Assembly (NCBI GenBank): GCA_000002445.1
Contig: CH464491.1
Span: 288,001-352,000, forward strand
Direction of reading: 5' to 3'
From: Trypanosoma brucei
Lineage: Eukaryota
DNA length: 64,000 nt
The translations under genes were made by a program, and so were the position numbers. Under the pieces are notes generated by a model. It was given only the letters and a program-made list of their open reading frames with translations, was not told where the DNA came from and ran no database searches. How positions within the stretch are numbered: position 1 is the stretch's first letter; the number at the start of each line of letters is the position of its first letter. Below are positions 41,221 to 52,897 of the stretch, piece by piece.

Positions 41221-42292
41221 CATATGCATAAATAAAATATGTGTATTTACATGTATTTATTCACTTTTTCTACTGTTGGAGAGGTAAAAGGAGAGTATGC
41301 ACTGACCAACGGCTAGTGCTGTGGTTAAGCGGCACGATACAATGAAGGGAAGCGAAGGAGGAGCGGGATATCGTCGGCCCGCAACCGGTTAGAGCAGAAA
41401 TAATGAATGAAAGACACGTGAGAAGGAAAGAGGATGTTAGATGTTAATCTTTTCCTTTAAGCGATTCCATCCTCTCTTCTGCTGCACTCTCTACTTGTAC
41501 GATGTCAATTTCTCACTCCTTCAACTTTTTAGGCTTGTGAATTTGCTCGCTATTTTTATCATCCTTTTTGTTTTTTTGTGTGTGTTTGTGGTTGTCGCCT
41601 TTCTTCCTACAGTCACCGCCCCCCTATTCGCTTCTCTTTCGGATCACGCTCTCCTTCTCGTCATTTGAGCATATGTCACCGCCAGTGTTATTGGCATGTT
41701 TCAGAGAGTTAAACCATTTCAAACTTTCTTTTTACTGCAGACGCTGTGTAGAACGGTTAGAGACAAGTTTATGGTTGGAAATGGCGAGAAACTTATTGTT
41801 GATCTTCTTACGGTGCTGCTGCTTCCGCAAATAGTTGTTTTACTCGCCGTTTTCACATGAGACTGTTTTGTTTCGTTTTTTGCAATTTTCTCACCAACAG
41901 TCGCTGTTGTCGTTGCGTGTGCGAAGTCATTTTTTTTTTTTTTTGATTCGTGCCGTGTCGTGTTCGGTCATATTTTCTTTGTGTGTGCTTGTGACGTCTT
42001 TTCTTCGTTCCGTCTCATGTAGTTGAAGCTATTGAGGGAACAAGCGAATACGTAAAGCACTCGTGCACAAAGAAATCTTTAAAGGAAAAACGAAAGAGAG
42101 AAAAAACACGTGTCAGCTCTTGAGGTAATTCAGAGAGGCTACATGTATATTTATAGCAGTTCTGTCACTACCAAGATTGCCATGCACGTGAAGAAGAAAA
42201 AAAAAGGAAACTGAGGGGTACTTGTATATTGAGGGATGATAATTAGGAGGGGGTGAAACATGAGGCAGCACCTTCATGTTTAATATAAGAAT

Positions 42293-42295
<3 letters not shown>

Positions 42296-42322
<27 letters not shown>
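42296..42322. repeat. (TA)n microsatellite
   Basis: atatatatatatatatatatatata in the intergenic region. Confidence 0.9.
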
Positions 42323-42326
<4 letters not shown>

Positions 42327-42930
42327 CTTATTTAAAAAAAAACTCTTAGCCTCTTCTATTGTGCTCCTCTCACATCTACTCTCCTTCGGTACCTTTACCT
42401 TACCCTCGCTTTCTTTTTTCTTTTTTTTTTCTTTTTTTGTTTGATTTGTTTGATTTGTTTGACTGAGTGTTTTCTATTGGTGGTGTTGTTGTGGCGGTTG
42501 TTGTTGTTTGGCACTCTACTGTCGTGCACCGGATGTGTCTCATTCTAGAAAAGAAATCAGTTTTTTTTATTCAATATACATATATGTATATATCTTTTAT
42601 TTGTCCATTTTATTGTTATTATTATTTTTGGGGGGAGTGTGGGGGGAGAAATGTCATTGTAGAAGCCATCGCTTGTGGTTGCTGGTTTCTTCTTCCTCCA
42701 CCCCCAGTGCACGATATGTTGATGGTGCTATGAAATTCTCTGTTAGCCGGTTAACGTAATTTTACATCCCCTTCTTCTTCTTTCCCCCTCGGTCGTTTCC
42801 GCTACTCGCATTTCATTCCAGTTATATACGCTACGGTTTGAGATACTCAACCGCTTCCTGCATCGCGAACCTGCAAGCGGAAGAAGCAAGCTCGAAAAAG
42901 GGAGGTACAAAAGGGTTTGCTTCAAGAACT

Positions 42931-42953
42931 GTTGTTTTTTTTTTTGCTACAAG
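42931..42953 (+). promoter_or_regulatory. Poly-pyrimidine tract plus AG: putative SL acceptor for the Vps-like gene
   Basis: gttgtttttttttttgctacaag sits about 95 nt upstream of ATG 43050. Confidence 0.3.
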
Positions 42954-43049
42954 TTGTTGACCGACACCAGGACACAAAAAAACCGGAGAATCACCGTCTT
43001 AGCCGTTCCGAGTTTCAAAAAAGGAAATCAAAAAAAAAAAGGCGGTAGT

Positions 43050-46000
43050 ATGAAGGCGCTTAGTGACGATTCTCTACCTTCTTTCCGATTGGGATCACAG
43101 GGGAACTTAGCCGCGGTTCCCACGAAGGGACCATCACCGCGGTTTGAACTTGCACCTATTGTGAATGAACTTCAGCAGCAGATCATATCAGCGGACTGTC
43201 AAAGTGATGTCATTGCCATGCTTGGCGCATCCGGACGACTGGTGTTACGTGACACAATGCAAGATGGTCCACCACTAGTGACCTCTGTGCGTAACCCTTA
43301 CCGCGTGTTTATGAGCCCAGACGGCAACCACACTCTTGTCTCCACCACCGATGGGGAGTTGTGTTACTTTTCTGTACGGAATCGTAAATCAACAGGGCAT
43401 TTCACTCTCCACAATCGTGGTGCCAGTGGGAATGAGGCTGCGCGAAATAATGTGGCTTCGTGTGTTTGTTGGCTTTCATCTGATGCTGGGTTTATTGGAA
43501 GTCCACGCACTTCTATCAGTGGGGCAGAAGGAGTAAGCGGCAGTGGCAGTGGTTGGCAGTTGGGATCAGGAACCGTTTACTGCCTTGTGGGCACAAAGTT
43601 GGGTGGTCTTGTGTTTTTAGTGAAAGTGGAGGTACATGGAGACGGGGGTAGTGTGAAGTTAACGTGCTTCCGTTCTCTGCAACTTCCCGACGCCAACCCC
43701 CAACAACAAGTTGGGTCTGTTGAGGTCGAACATATAAACTCCTTATGGGTTTTGTTCGTGTCAACTCCTACAGTTCTCTATCGAGTGGAGGGGCTCATGG
43801 ATTCTCCAGCAGATTTCTTTGATAGTATCACTGCTTCAACAGGTATGTGGAATATTCGTAGGGTGTCTACTGCGGGGAATGCTTCAGCGTCGGGTGCTGT
43901 CGTGTTGTACCGTCCAGGTATTGGGATGCCGGCACAATCGTATGCATGGGCAAGTGTAGCTGGTGTGGTACATGGTTTGCTAAATAGCCGTTCAGATGGA
44001 AGTTCTGCTAATAGTGGTGAAGCAGCTCTTGTTGAATTAACCGACGGAGGTTCTGTTGTGAATGAACAGCTTCTTGACTTGGAGCACGTAGTGGTACCCA
44101 AAAGTAGTTCCAACGAAAGTGCCGCGATTACGGCGGCGGTGCCTGATCACTCCTTCAGAGGCGAGTCACAATTGCCGGTTGGTGCAACGTTGGTGGACGT
44201 TGGACTAACTGCTTTCCATATGTTGTTACTGTATAGGGATAGGTTCATTGTGCTCAACCACCCAGCCGGTCTTTCGTGGCGGGGAGCCTCCTCCACACTG
44301 CAGGGGGATTGGCCATACCTTTGTGAAATTGAGGAGCGTATTCGGTTCGATCCATTTCGTTATTCAAAGCGGGAGTCACCCCTACGCGGAATCGTTCGAG
44401 ACACTGCAGCACGGAAGGTGTACGTCTTTGATGCGAACACTTTCTGGGAGCTTCAGGTAGAACAGGAGCACCGACAGCAGTCGGAACTCTTCCTTGACCG
44501 AGCGGTCAACACAAGGGAGAGCTCTCATCTGCGAAACCGCTACTTCAGGGCCGCGTATCAACTATGCAAATACGATAAGACAATGAGAAATAAGGTTCAA
44601 TTTCTTCGTGGAAGGTTTCTCCTTCAAATAGGTGCTATTCGTCGGGCGATGGATGTTCTTGCGGAATGTGACTTCTTCGAGGACGTTTACCACCTCCTTA
44701 TGTCCTTTCGGAACAGTAAGGTGTTGCAACTGTACGTAGAGAAACGGTACAAGAACTTGGTCAGGCGTGTCACTGAGGGGAAAGGTGTGCAAATGCAGTT
44801 GGCGTGTTTGTTGGCGCTCATTGTAGTGTTGCGGTTGGACACCATTGCACGTAGTGAAAACATAACTGATGCACCTTCCGCAACTGCGGTAGCAGAGACT
44901 TTAACATCGGGGTTGACAGCTTTCATTGAAGAGACGTTGGAAGAGCGATTGCCCATGTTTAGTTGTGTTGGTTACGTTAATCTCATCGCACAGCTGTTGG
45001 AAGAGCAGTCTCGACCAGAATTAGTACTGAGGTTCGCTGAAAGGATGAACAAGATGCGCTACGTTATCACTTACCATGTATCGCGCGCCAACTATGTAGA
45101 GGCAGCAAATGTGCTTGGGGCTCATGCGCGGCGGATCGATATGCGGAGTACCTGGTACAGTCTTGCCCCCATCCTCATGAAGAAGTGTCCTATACAGTTT
45201 ACCAAAGCGATGCTGCGTGCGGTTAGCCGAGATGCCTATGACATGCCCTATTTGCTTTTGAATGCTGAAAAACTCATCCCAGTTTTCACCCAATATGAAC
45301 CGCACATGAACGAGGATCCTGACAATCAGGAGCATCAAGTTGTTTTATTTCTCGACAATTGCATCACGAAATTGGGTTGTGATTCTCCTGCCGTCCACAA
45401 TTACTACCTAAGCCTTGTGGTCAAACACGACACGAAGCGCCTAGATGAATTTCTCCAGTCTTCGCTTTACTATGATATAAGATTTGCCCTGCGGCAGTGC
45501 CTCGAGTCGCGCAGATATCGGCAGTGCGTGAGATTGTACAGCCAACTTCACCTTTATGAGGATGCATTGCGAGCAGCATTGGATTGTGCGGAGTTGACAC
45601 AGGACGAGACGCCAGGTGGCGCCAGCAGTGCCATCGTCGGTAGTGGTGTGAACGAATGTGCTGCGACATCTCTCGTAAGCGGAGCGGATTTGGGATGTAA
45701 TGAAGGTGAGGAAAGGGATGCATGGTCGAGGTTGAGCGTAGCGCAGGAATTACTTCTATCGCTTCCGGATGATATGCCGTTACCTCGGCGCAAGGCCTTA
45801 TGGCTCATTGTGGCTCAACATGTTATTCAGAAGAATGACAACCGTGCAGCACTCCGTATTTTAGCTGACTCCTGTGGAGTTTTGAAACTGGAGGATATTC
45901 TCGAGGAAATGAACGACGTTAGCGTCATGGAAAACTTCAAAGGGGCTATATGCAAGAGTCTTGAGGTTTATGCATCGTTGACTAAGCAGCTTCGGGAGAA

Positions 46001-46373
46001 GCAGTTGGAGGCGGGTCGCATGTCCGAGGAACTGAAACGGGAGATTGAACAGCCTCGCAACAGCTTTGGTTACGTAACAGCGAATCAGCGATGTATAATT
46101 TGCCGCTCAACTTTGCTTCAGGGGGATGCCCCGTTCTTCATTTACCCCCGCTGTTGCCATGCAGTACACGAGTCTTGCGCGGTGGCAAAATTAGAGAGCA
46201 TTGGGGGGTTGGAGGCTTTTGTTGTGGACGAAGGACTTCCAAAAAACTTCTTGGACGGCATTAACTCGACACGTGATTTGGCCCAGATGGATTGCGTGAT
46301 TTGCGGCGAAACTGCAATATTGGAGATTGACATGCCATTATTTACAGAGGACGATTCTTGGTTAGTGTTGTAG
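43050..46373 (+). CDS. Vps11/Vps18-family HOPS/CORVET tethering-complex subunit with a C-terminal RING-H2 finger
   Basis: 1108 aa counted from the first ATG (the track ORF starts at an upstream TTG, 42954). The N-terminal region is beta-propeller-like. The C-terminus reads CIICRSTLLQGDAPFFIYPRCCHAVHESCAV ... CVICGE, typical of Vps11/18/41 RING-H2. A poly-pyrimidine/AG signal lies at 42931-42953. Confidence 0.5.
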   Translation: MKALSDDSLPSFRLGSQGNLAAVPTKGPSPRFELAPIVNELQQQIISADCQSDVIAMLGASGRLVLRDTMQDGPPLVTSVRNPYRVFMSPDGNHTLVSTTDGELCYFSVRNRKSTGHFTLHNRGASGNEAARNNVASCVCWLSSDAGFIGSPRTSISGAEGVSGSGSGWQLGSGTVYCLVGTKLGGLVFLVKVEVHGDGGSVKLTCFRSLQLPDANPQQQVGSVEVEHINSLWVLFVSTPTVLYRVEGLMDSPADFFDSITASTGMWNIRRVSTAGNASASGAVVLYRPGIGMPAQSYAWASVAGVVHGLLNSRSDGSSANSGEAALVELTDGGSVVNEQLLDLEHVVVPKSSSNESAAITAAVPDHSFRGESQLPVGATLVDVGLTAFHMLLLYRDRFIVLNHPAGLSWRGASSTLQGDWPYLCEIEERIRFDPFRYSKRESPLRGIVRDTAARKVYVFDANTFWELQVEQEHRQQSELFLDRAVNTRESSHLRNRYFRAAYQLCKYDKTMRNKVQFLRGRFLLQIGAIRRAMDVLAECDFFEDVYHLLMSFRNSKVLQLYVEKRYKNLVRRVTEGKGVQMQLACLLALIVVLRLDTIARSENITDAPSATAVAETLTSGLTAFIEETLEERLPMFSCVGYVNLIAQLLEEQSRPELVLRFAERMNKMRYVITYHVSRANYVEAANVLGAHARRIDMRSTWYSLAPILMKKCPIQFTKAMLRAVSRDAYDMPYLLLNAEKLIPVFTQYEPHMNEDPDNQEHQVVLFLDNCITKLGCDSPAVHNYYLSLVVKHDTKRLDEFLQSSLYYDIRFALRQCLESRRYRQCVRLYSQLHLYEDALRAALDCAELTQDETPGGASSAIVGSGVNECAATSLVSGADLGCNEGEERDAWSRLSVAQELLLSLPDDMPLPRRKALWLIVAQHVIQKNDNRAALRILADSCGVLKLEDILEEMNDVSVMENFKGAICKSLEVYASLTKQLREKQLEAGRMSEELKREIEQPRNSFGYVTANQRCIICRSTLLQGDAPFFIYPRCCHAVHESCAVAKLESIGGLEAFVVDEGLPKNFLDGINSTRDLAQMDCVICGETAILEIDMPLFTEDDSWLVL

Positions 46374-46976
46374 CGGCTGACTGTCGCTAAGGCGGTCGCA
46401 GCACGCCGTGTTCCACGTTCTCATTATTTTTTACTCATTCCGTTACCTTGCCGTGTGCTGTGGTGCCCGACGTTCACCCGGAAAACTGCAGGTATGCACG
46501 CTAGTGAGGGAGTCTACAGTACAAAACAAAAGGAAATTTACCGTTGCTATATAGTAATTAATTCACGACCCCTCTTTGTGTGTGTGTGTGTGTTATTTTT
46601 TTTTTTAATGTTATTCTGTGCTACTCGTATAACCTCCGCTATGCCATTTGTTTTCCATATTTGATTCTTGCGTCGATGACGTGAATAAATGTACATTAAT
46701 TCGCGAGATATATATTCATAGAAGTTGTTGGAATCTTTGAAAAAAAAAAACGACCGCCACGTGGCGTGGGGTGGACTAAAGATATTTCCAACCGACCGGT
46801 GCTGCAGTTCATCCGTTTCGCCGAAACGCTTGTCATCTGCTGTGGGTATTACTCACTTGTGATCAAAGAGTAACTGGGAGGAGGCTCACCACGCTGCCGG
46901 CACTCTCCTTGTTTTTCGTTTAGCGGTATCTTTATTTATTTTAGATCAACGTTACGGAACTAACAGCGTGTGTGCA

Positions 46977-49133
46977 ATGAAGTTTTGGGTGAAGGCAATA
47001 ACGGATAAAAACGTGCAAGAGCAACTTCTTGTTGACGCTGAGAGTTTAGATGAGCTCACGAAGGAGCTCAGCAGCTTACTCAACACGTGTGTGACTTCAA
47101 TATCCGTTTCCGACTTCCAGTCACAAGTAGTGGACAAGATCAACAGTGGTACCGATATTGTGACTGTCAACGTCGGCACATCAACCACCTGTAGTGATAA
47201 CAATTCAAAGGCGAATACTAACACCAGTCATTTTGAGACAAGTGTAACGAGCACAGGGCATTGGTTATGTAACGATGCAGCCTTGTCGTTGACTGAAGAT
47301 GACGAGTGGTTGTGTTCAACCGCCAGCACAGCTATTGCGGAAGGAACACCCGTAAGACGTACATTAGTAGCAAATCAGTTGCTCCTGGATGCTACACCGC
47401 AAATAGACCGTATTTGCCTTCGCCGTGACCAGTTGGAGTTACTACTTCGGCCGTCCCATAGGGGTGCCTACCACAGTGTTATCACGGGTTGTTTTGCACG
47501 CATGCGATGGCGACAGGGATACAGTCTGTACCAAATCGTTCGCCCTGCAAGTGATCAGATGCTCGTATTCGACATGATTCACTATGAGGAAACGCATGGA
47601 ATGGAGGTAGTTAGCAACGCTCCACCTGTTGCCCAGGAACTTACCACGTGGGGGAAGCGGATGCGTGCTGCCTCTCGTCCCTTCGTGACTGCAGGTTTTA
47701 TTGAGGCAAAGGTGGGAGATGTAAATTCTGCCCTGCGAACTGCAAGGGGATCCTCTGTGGAGCGCCCGTCGCTACAACCACAAATAATGGTCCCTTCAAC
47801 TCCCCCTGCTTCCAGCACAGATTCTTACCCAAGACGAGCGCGAAAAACGCTTAATGCGTATAGTCCCTCCCTAGCCTTCTTCAGCTTTGACCGCTTACTG
47901 ATAAAAACGAACGATACACTCAAACACTCGCAGTTTTGTATTGTGAATGAACCGGAAATGGATTCTTTCAGCGTCGTCATTTTCGCGTCACGGTTTTCCA
48001 ACACTTATGCGAAGAAACCAAGACGGTCAGACTTTGCGGGGTGTATGATTACCTTAGATAAGAATGCTCGAACCCCCGGAATAGCAAGTGAAAGAGATAT
48101 TACAGAGAAGGGTTACGAAATGCTTTGCTCTCCGCAGTGGTGGGGGTGCCGTTATATCGCACTGGTTAGACCCCAACCAACCGGAAGTAGTGAACCCTAC
48201 ATTGATAGTAGAGGAATTTGTATGCAGGACTTCACGGTGTTGTCCGGTCGCTTCTTGTCGAGTCTCTTTAATCCACCAACGACAACGTCCCTACCGGTTC
48301 CTACTTGGGCAACAGGCGAGGGTCTCTCTGCTAACATTTTGCGTCCCCAACTTGTTGTGCACCACAAAAAGCTTCATGTATTCTACCTTATTAGCATTGT
48401 GACATCGTCTCCGGTTCGACGTCCGTGCAGCGTTCGCTTAGGAGCTTGTGAGCCGTTAAATGTTGGTGCTGTGTCAAGCAATGCCAATGCAGACAGCCAA
48501 GCTGCTGAAGGTGGTGCTTCTTTGGATGGCTCGTTCGCGAACAGTGGTGCACTACCGCACAGGAACAGATCGAATAGTCCCGCACTTGTGGGTATATGCC
48601 AGTATAGTCTAGCACACGCGGTTTGTGAAGGGGATGCGTTTGGACAGTGGCATATTGTGTCAGATGAGGAACCGCTGCTGTCTTGTCAAACTAATATGCC
48701 CGTATTTACTGCTGCCTCAGTCCCTGCAGTCGATGCTAAGCGTGAGAAAAGTATTGTTAGCGACAATTCACCAGAAAGTGATCCATTGAACGTGCTGCAA
48801 TTACTGTGGTATGAAGGGGACGCTTCCGACAGTCAGTCCTCGGCCCCATCCAACCAATCCACATTGTCCTCCGCATCTCGAAGTAATAGCGTGAGTAACC
48901 GCCCTCTACTACCGTTTGAGCGATGGGTAAACACGCATGAGGATGCATCACCAGATGCTTGGGAACAGGAACCAAGTTATTCCGCTGTACGCATAAATAC
49001 GGAACTAATGAAATCCGGCGTTTGTTCCCTGTCATTATGTGAGCACGAGGGGATGGTACTTGCTGCCTCCGTCAACCGAGACGCTCAGCAGCGCACTGTT
49101 GTGATAGTGGCACCACTAACGACAGAACCGTGA
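46977..49133 (+). CDS. Plus3-domain protein (Rtf1-like, putative PAF1-complex component), otherwise hypothetical
   Basis: 718 aa counted from the first ATG (the track ORF starts at GTG 46968). The segment LRRDQLELLLRPSHRGAYHSVITGCFARMRWRQGYSLYQIV resembles the Plus3 core (..GCFVRI...YR.a.I). The C-terminal half is Ser/Asn-rich and low complexity. Confidence 0.4.
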   Translation: MKFWVKAITDKNVQEQLLVDAESLDELTKELSSLLNTCVTSISVSDFQSQVVDKINSGTDIVTVNVGTSTTCSDNNSKANTNTSHFETSVTSTGHWLCNDAALSLTEDDEWLCSTASTAIAEGTPVRRTLVANQLLLDATPQIDRICLRRDQLELLLRPSHRGAYHSVITGCFARMRWRQGYSLYQIVRPASDQMLVFDMIHYEETHGMEVVSNAPPVAQELTTWGKRMRAASRPFVTAGFIEAKVGDVNSALRTARGSSVERPSLQPQIMVPSTPPASSTDSYPRRARKTLNAYSPSLAFFSFDRLLIKTNDTLKHSQFCIVNEPEMDSFSVVIFASRFSNTYAKKPRRSDFAGCMITLDKNARTPGIASERDITEKGYEMLCSPQWWGCRYIALVRPQPTGSSEPYIDSRGICMQDFTVLSGRFLSSLFNPPTTTSLPVPTWATGEGLSANILRPQLVVHHKKLHVFYLISIVTSSPVRRPCSVRLGACEPLNVGAVSSNANADSQAAEGGASLDGSFANSGALPHRNRSNSPALVGICQYSLAHAVCEGDAFGQWHIVSDEEPLLSCQTNMPVFTAASVPAVDAKREKSIVSDNSPESDPLNVLQLLWYEGDASDSQSSAPSNQSTLSSASRSNSVSNRPLLPFERWVNTHEDASPDAWEQEPSYSAVRINTELMKSGVCSLSLCEHEGMVLAASVNRDAQQRTVVIVAPLTTEP

Positions 49134-50721
49134 ATACAACGAGAAAAAACCGGAAAGAAAAAAACATAACATATTGAACAAATCGAAGAAGGGTGTACTT
49201 TGTTCTGCGAGTAAGAAGAGGGTGGAGGAATCGTATTTTTCCGATTTCTTGATGAACGTTCGCCTTTTTTTTTTATATATTTTAAGAGGACTATTGTGGT
49301 TGCATGTGGGTACAAAAGAAGGAAATAAATGAAATGATAATAAAGTGTGCATTTATGTCTTTTTCGTTATCATTTTACTTTTCGTTCATTCATTTTATAT
49401 TCTTTTTTTCCAGCTTCAATAATTCCGTTGTACCTTATTGTTCTAAATAATGTATAATCGTGTTACAATCCCCGTGTCCCATGTTTTCTTCACCTACGAC
49501 TTTTCCCTCTCCTTCTAAAAAAAGAGAAGAATGAAAAATATAATATTAATGAGCTTTCTTTAATTGTGGTTACTGTTATCTGTACTATATTTTTCAATGT
49601 TTTTTTGTTTTTGTATTTTTCGCTTTAGCATATTTATGTCAATAAGATGCGGGAGCGTTCACGAGAATTATTAGTTGTGTGGTTGTCGTCTTTGTTATCT
49701 CCGGCACAACACCTTATGTGCTTATTGTGTGGACACAAGAGAAACAGAAATGGGAGAAGGGGGATTTTTTTTTTTTAAAAAAGAAGAACCTTTTTTCGTT
49801 TTATTTTCGTATTCGGTCGTATAATCCCACTTTTCGTTACTTTTATCTCTATTACCTCTTTTCATTTTGCTTCCCGCTTTCTTCTTTTAACTTTTCCCCC
49901 ATCTTCCTCTTCCCAAGTTTCTTTTTTGTATAGTGTGCTGAAGTTTGCGAGACTGAGCGAGACTGTTACACGTTACAACAGTCGTAATGGTATTATTATT
50001 ATTATTATTAAACAATGATAATAATAATGATAATAACTTTTGCTAGTGTTATTATTACTATTTTGATTTCCGTCTACGTTCTATTTATTTTGATTTTGCC
50101 TTCTGTTACTTTCTTTATTACTTTAGTTGTTTTAGTTCCAGTTTCACTTTTTTGTTGTTTTGTGTGTATGTGTGCATTTTGCGTGTTTGTAGTAGTTATT
50201 CAGTGCCCACTCCTCCCTTCTCCCATACGCTCAGATTTCCTTTATTACGCTAGAAGGAAGCAGAGCGAACACGCATACACAAAACGAATAAAGAAAATTT
50301 AAAATGAAAAAAGAGAAAGAAAAGAAAAGTACTCTCCATCATTCCTCTTTATTTTTCCATATGAGATCCTGTTGGCTCCCATCTCATCTCATCACTTCTC
50401 CCGTTATCTGTCTCCTCACAGTGTCAGTGGCATCGGCGCCAGATGATTATTTGCATGTTCATTGCTTGCGGTTCTTTCCAGTCTAAACTAAAAAACAACA
50501 AAAACTTCGCTTTTCCCCCTATTTCATCTGATTATTCCCTTTTGTAATCGATTTTTTAAAAAAAATGTTTATATGCGTACAACGTGCGTAGATACATTTT
50601 CTCTAATATATATATATATATATATTGATACGCAAGTAATTATAAGAGAATCAAGGCGGAGGGGTTCAGTACGTTACTTTAGGCGTAAGGGGTGGCGGGA
50701 AACTGAAACGGGTTGGATATC

Positions 50722-51699
50722 ATGTCTGATACATTAAGTAGCAAACTAGACGATGTCGATGCGGATGTTTTGCGCGGCGCGTATGAGCCCGTAGCGATTA
50801 TCGGAGAGGGAACTTATGGTGTTGTCTTCCGTGCACGTGGGGTTGCGAGCGGGGCCGAGTTTGCGATAAAGAAACTAAGAAGTGACAAGCTGAAGGAAGG
50901 CGTTCCTGCAACAACACTTCGAGAAGTGACGCTGCTGCACGAAATGAGTGACAATCCAAATGTGGTGCGACTGCTCGATGTTCTGTGCTCCAAGCGTCGT
51001 GTTTATTTGGTGTTTGAGTTGCTTAACGAAGATCTGAGGTCTTTTATTCGCCGCAACTATCCGCAACCACCCGCTACTGCCAGTAGCTCTGTTGTACCTT
51101 TGAGACTCGTGAAAAATTTTACCTGTCAAATGCTTCACGCCTTGTGGAGGTGCCACCAGAATCGAATCATTCACAGGGACCTTAAACCTGCAAATGTGCT
51201 TCTCGGGGTAAAGAAGTCAACGAGGAATGACGGCGAGGATTCGTACATTTTGAAACTGGCGGACTTTGGGCTTGCGCGTACTTATGAGATGACATTGTTG
51301 ACGTATACGAAAGAAGTAATGACGTTGTGGTATCGTGCACCAGAGATTTTGCTTGGGGAGCGGCACTACACGCCAGCCGCAGATGTGTGGTCGGTTGGTT
51401 GCATTGTGTTGGAGATGATTGTTGGTTGTCCTGTTTTTAGAGGTGAGTCCAACCGGGACCAGTTAGATAGGATCTTCTACACTGTGGGAACACCGACGGA
51501 AGAGACATGGGCTGGCGTAGCAATGATGCCAGGATATGACAAGGCAACGAAAATATATAAGGTGGCGCCTCTCCATGAGCGATTGCCGACATTCGATAAG
51601 GAGGCAGTACAGTTTGTTGCATTTCTTTTGCAAGTCAATCCAAAAAGCCGTCCCACTATTCCTACAATTCTTCAACATCCTTTTCTGCAAGGTGACTAG
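50722..51699 (+). CDS. CDC2-related protein kinase (CDK/CRK family)
   Basis: Gly loop IGEGTYGVVF. AIKK. PSTAIRE-like GVPATTLREVTLL. HRDLKPANVLL. DFGLAR. T-loop YTKEVMTLWYRAPEILLG, which is CDK-type (THEVVTLWYRAPE). 325 aa counted from the first ATG (the track ORF starts at TTG 50713). It may correspond to one of the T. brucei CRKs; which one is not determined. Confidence 0.8.
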   Translation: MSDTLSSKLDDVDADVLRGAYEPVAIIGEGTYGVVFRARGVASGAEFAIKKLRSDKLKEGVPATTLREVTLLHEMSDNPNVVRLLDVLCSKRRVYLVFELLNEDLRSFIRRNYPQPPATASSSVVPLRLVKNFTCQMLHALWRCHQNRIIHRDLKPANVLLGVKKSTRNDGEDSYILKLADFGLARTYEMTLLTYTKEVMTLWYRAPEILLGERHYTPAADVWSVGCIVLEMIVGCPVFRGESNRDQLDRIFYTVGTPTEETWAGVAMMPGYDKATKIYKVAPLHERLPTFDKEAVQFVAFLLQVNPKSRPTIPTILQHPFLQGD

Positions 51700-52897
51700 C
51701 TCCTTCCCCTCCTTCCACCCCCAACACGTTCGTTGCTTTGCTGTTGCTTTGTTTTATATCATGATTAATTTATCGGTGAAGATGTGGTAATCAGTTTTGA
51801 TTGAATAAAATCTCCGGGGTCTCGATCATTTGGTGAGGCGTTACGATTTAACAATGCGTATTTTTGTGCGTGTTTTGCAATCAACCATTGTAGTCGAATA
51901 GATATGAGAGGAATCAACATCCCGTAGAATTTCCAAAGGCTCAGACGTAATGAAATCACCTGAGTCGCGTAAATCATTTCTTAATTTTTTAATTTTTCGC
52001 CGTCGTTGTTTTTTTTTCTTTCTTTGTATTCTTGGAGGTTTCTTCGTAGCGGCTTTCTTGGCGCGGATCATACACATAATTAGTGCGGGGTGAGGGTCAT
52101 TGATTGAGGGAATGGGGAACCAACTTCAGTAACCGCTTTTGTATGAGGGGATGGGGCATGAGTTGTGTACTCAAAATAAGAAAAATAACGCAAAGAGAGT
52201 GAAAATCAGTACACACGGTCTGTACGCATAGCCGGTGTTCGCGACTGGGGAAACAACACAATGCTATTAGTTATTAAGTTGTTAGTGGAGGTGGTGTTTT
52301 TGATTATTTATGCACTTCACCTGTGGTAATGTCTCTGAGGTATCGTGGGGTACCTCGTTTTGTAAATCTATTGAAAATGTTTTTTAAATCTCCCACGTCT
52401 CTTGCTTCGTTTTCGTTTTGTTTAATAGTTGCTGAAGTGTTATTGGCATATTCTTCATTTCTCTTTTTATTTCCGTTTCATTTGTTTCTTCCTCCACCCC
52501 TTATCACCCTTTTCTTCTTTCGCTGTTTGGAGTATGAAAATGATTGATCACCACTCGCCATGTGCAGGGGTATGTTTCTTCTTGATATGAAATGCCGATC
52601 AAGGTTGCGGTTATTCCCTCCCTGAAATGCTAAAGCGAAAATATATATATGTCAGCGGTTTCTTCGTTAACACTTTTCTCGGCCGGTTTATATCGTGTGT
52701 AATTGCTTTTAAGGCTTGTGAAAGCTATGGTCGCCTCTGTAATTAGTTGAATGATTTTTTTAAAAAAAGCTTTCATTGTAATATTCTGGTCATCTCTTGG
52801 TTTCCCTTTTTTTCCCATCAAACATGTCCTTCTAACACTTCATTAAACTAACAAAATATAAAGAAAACAAGCAAGTATAGTGAGTCATATTTGTTGC

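Noticed and set aside
42954-43049. N-terminal extensions of the track ORFs (42954 TTG for Vps-like; 59068 for the CTF-motif gene; 46968/52880/57069 GTG and 50713 TTG starts)
   Set aside because: The extensions begin at non-ATG codons and run through poly-pyrimidine/AG trans-splice signals or oligo-A tracts. The first ATG downstream was taken as the start.
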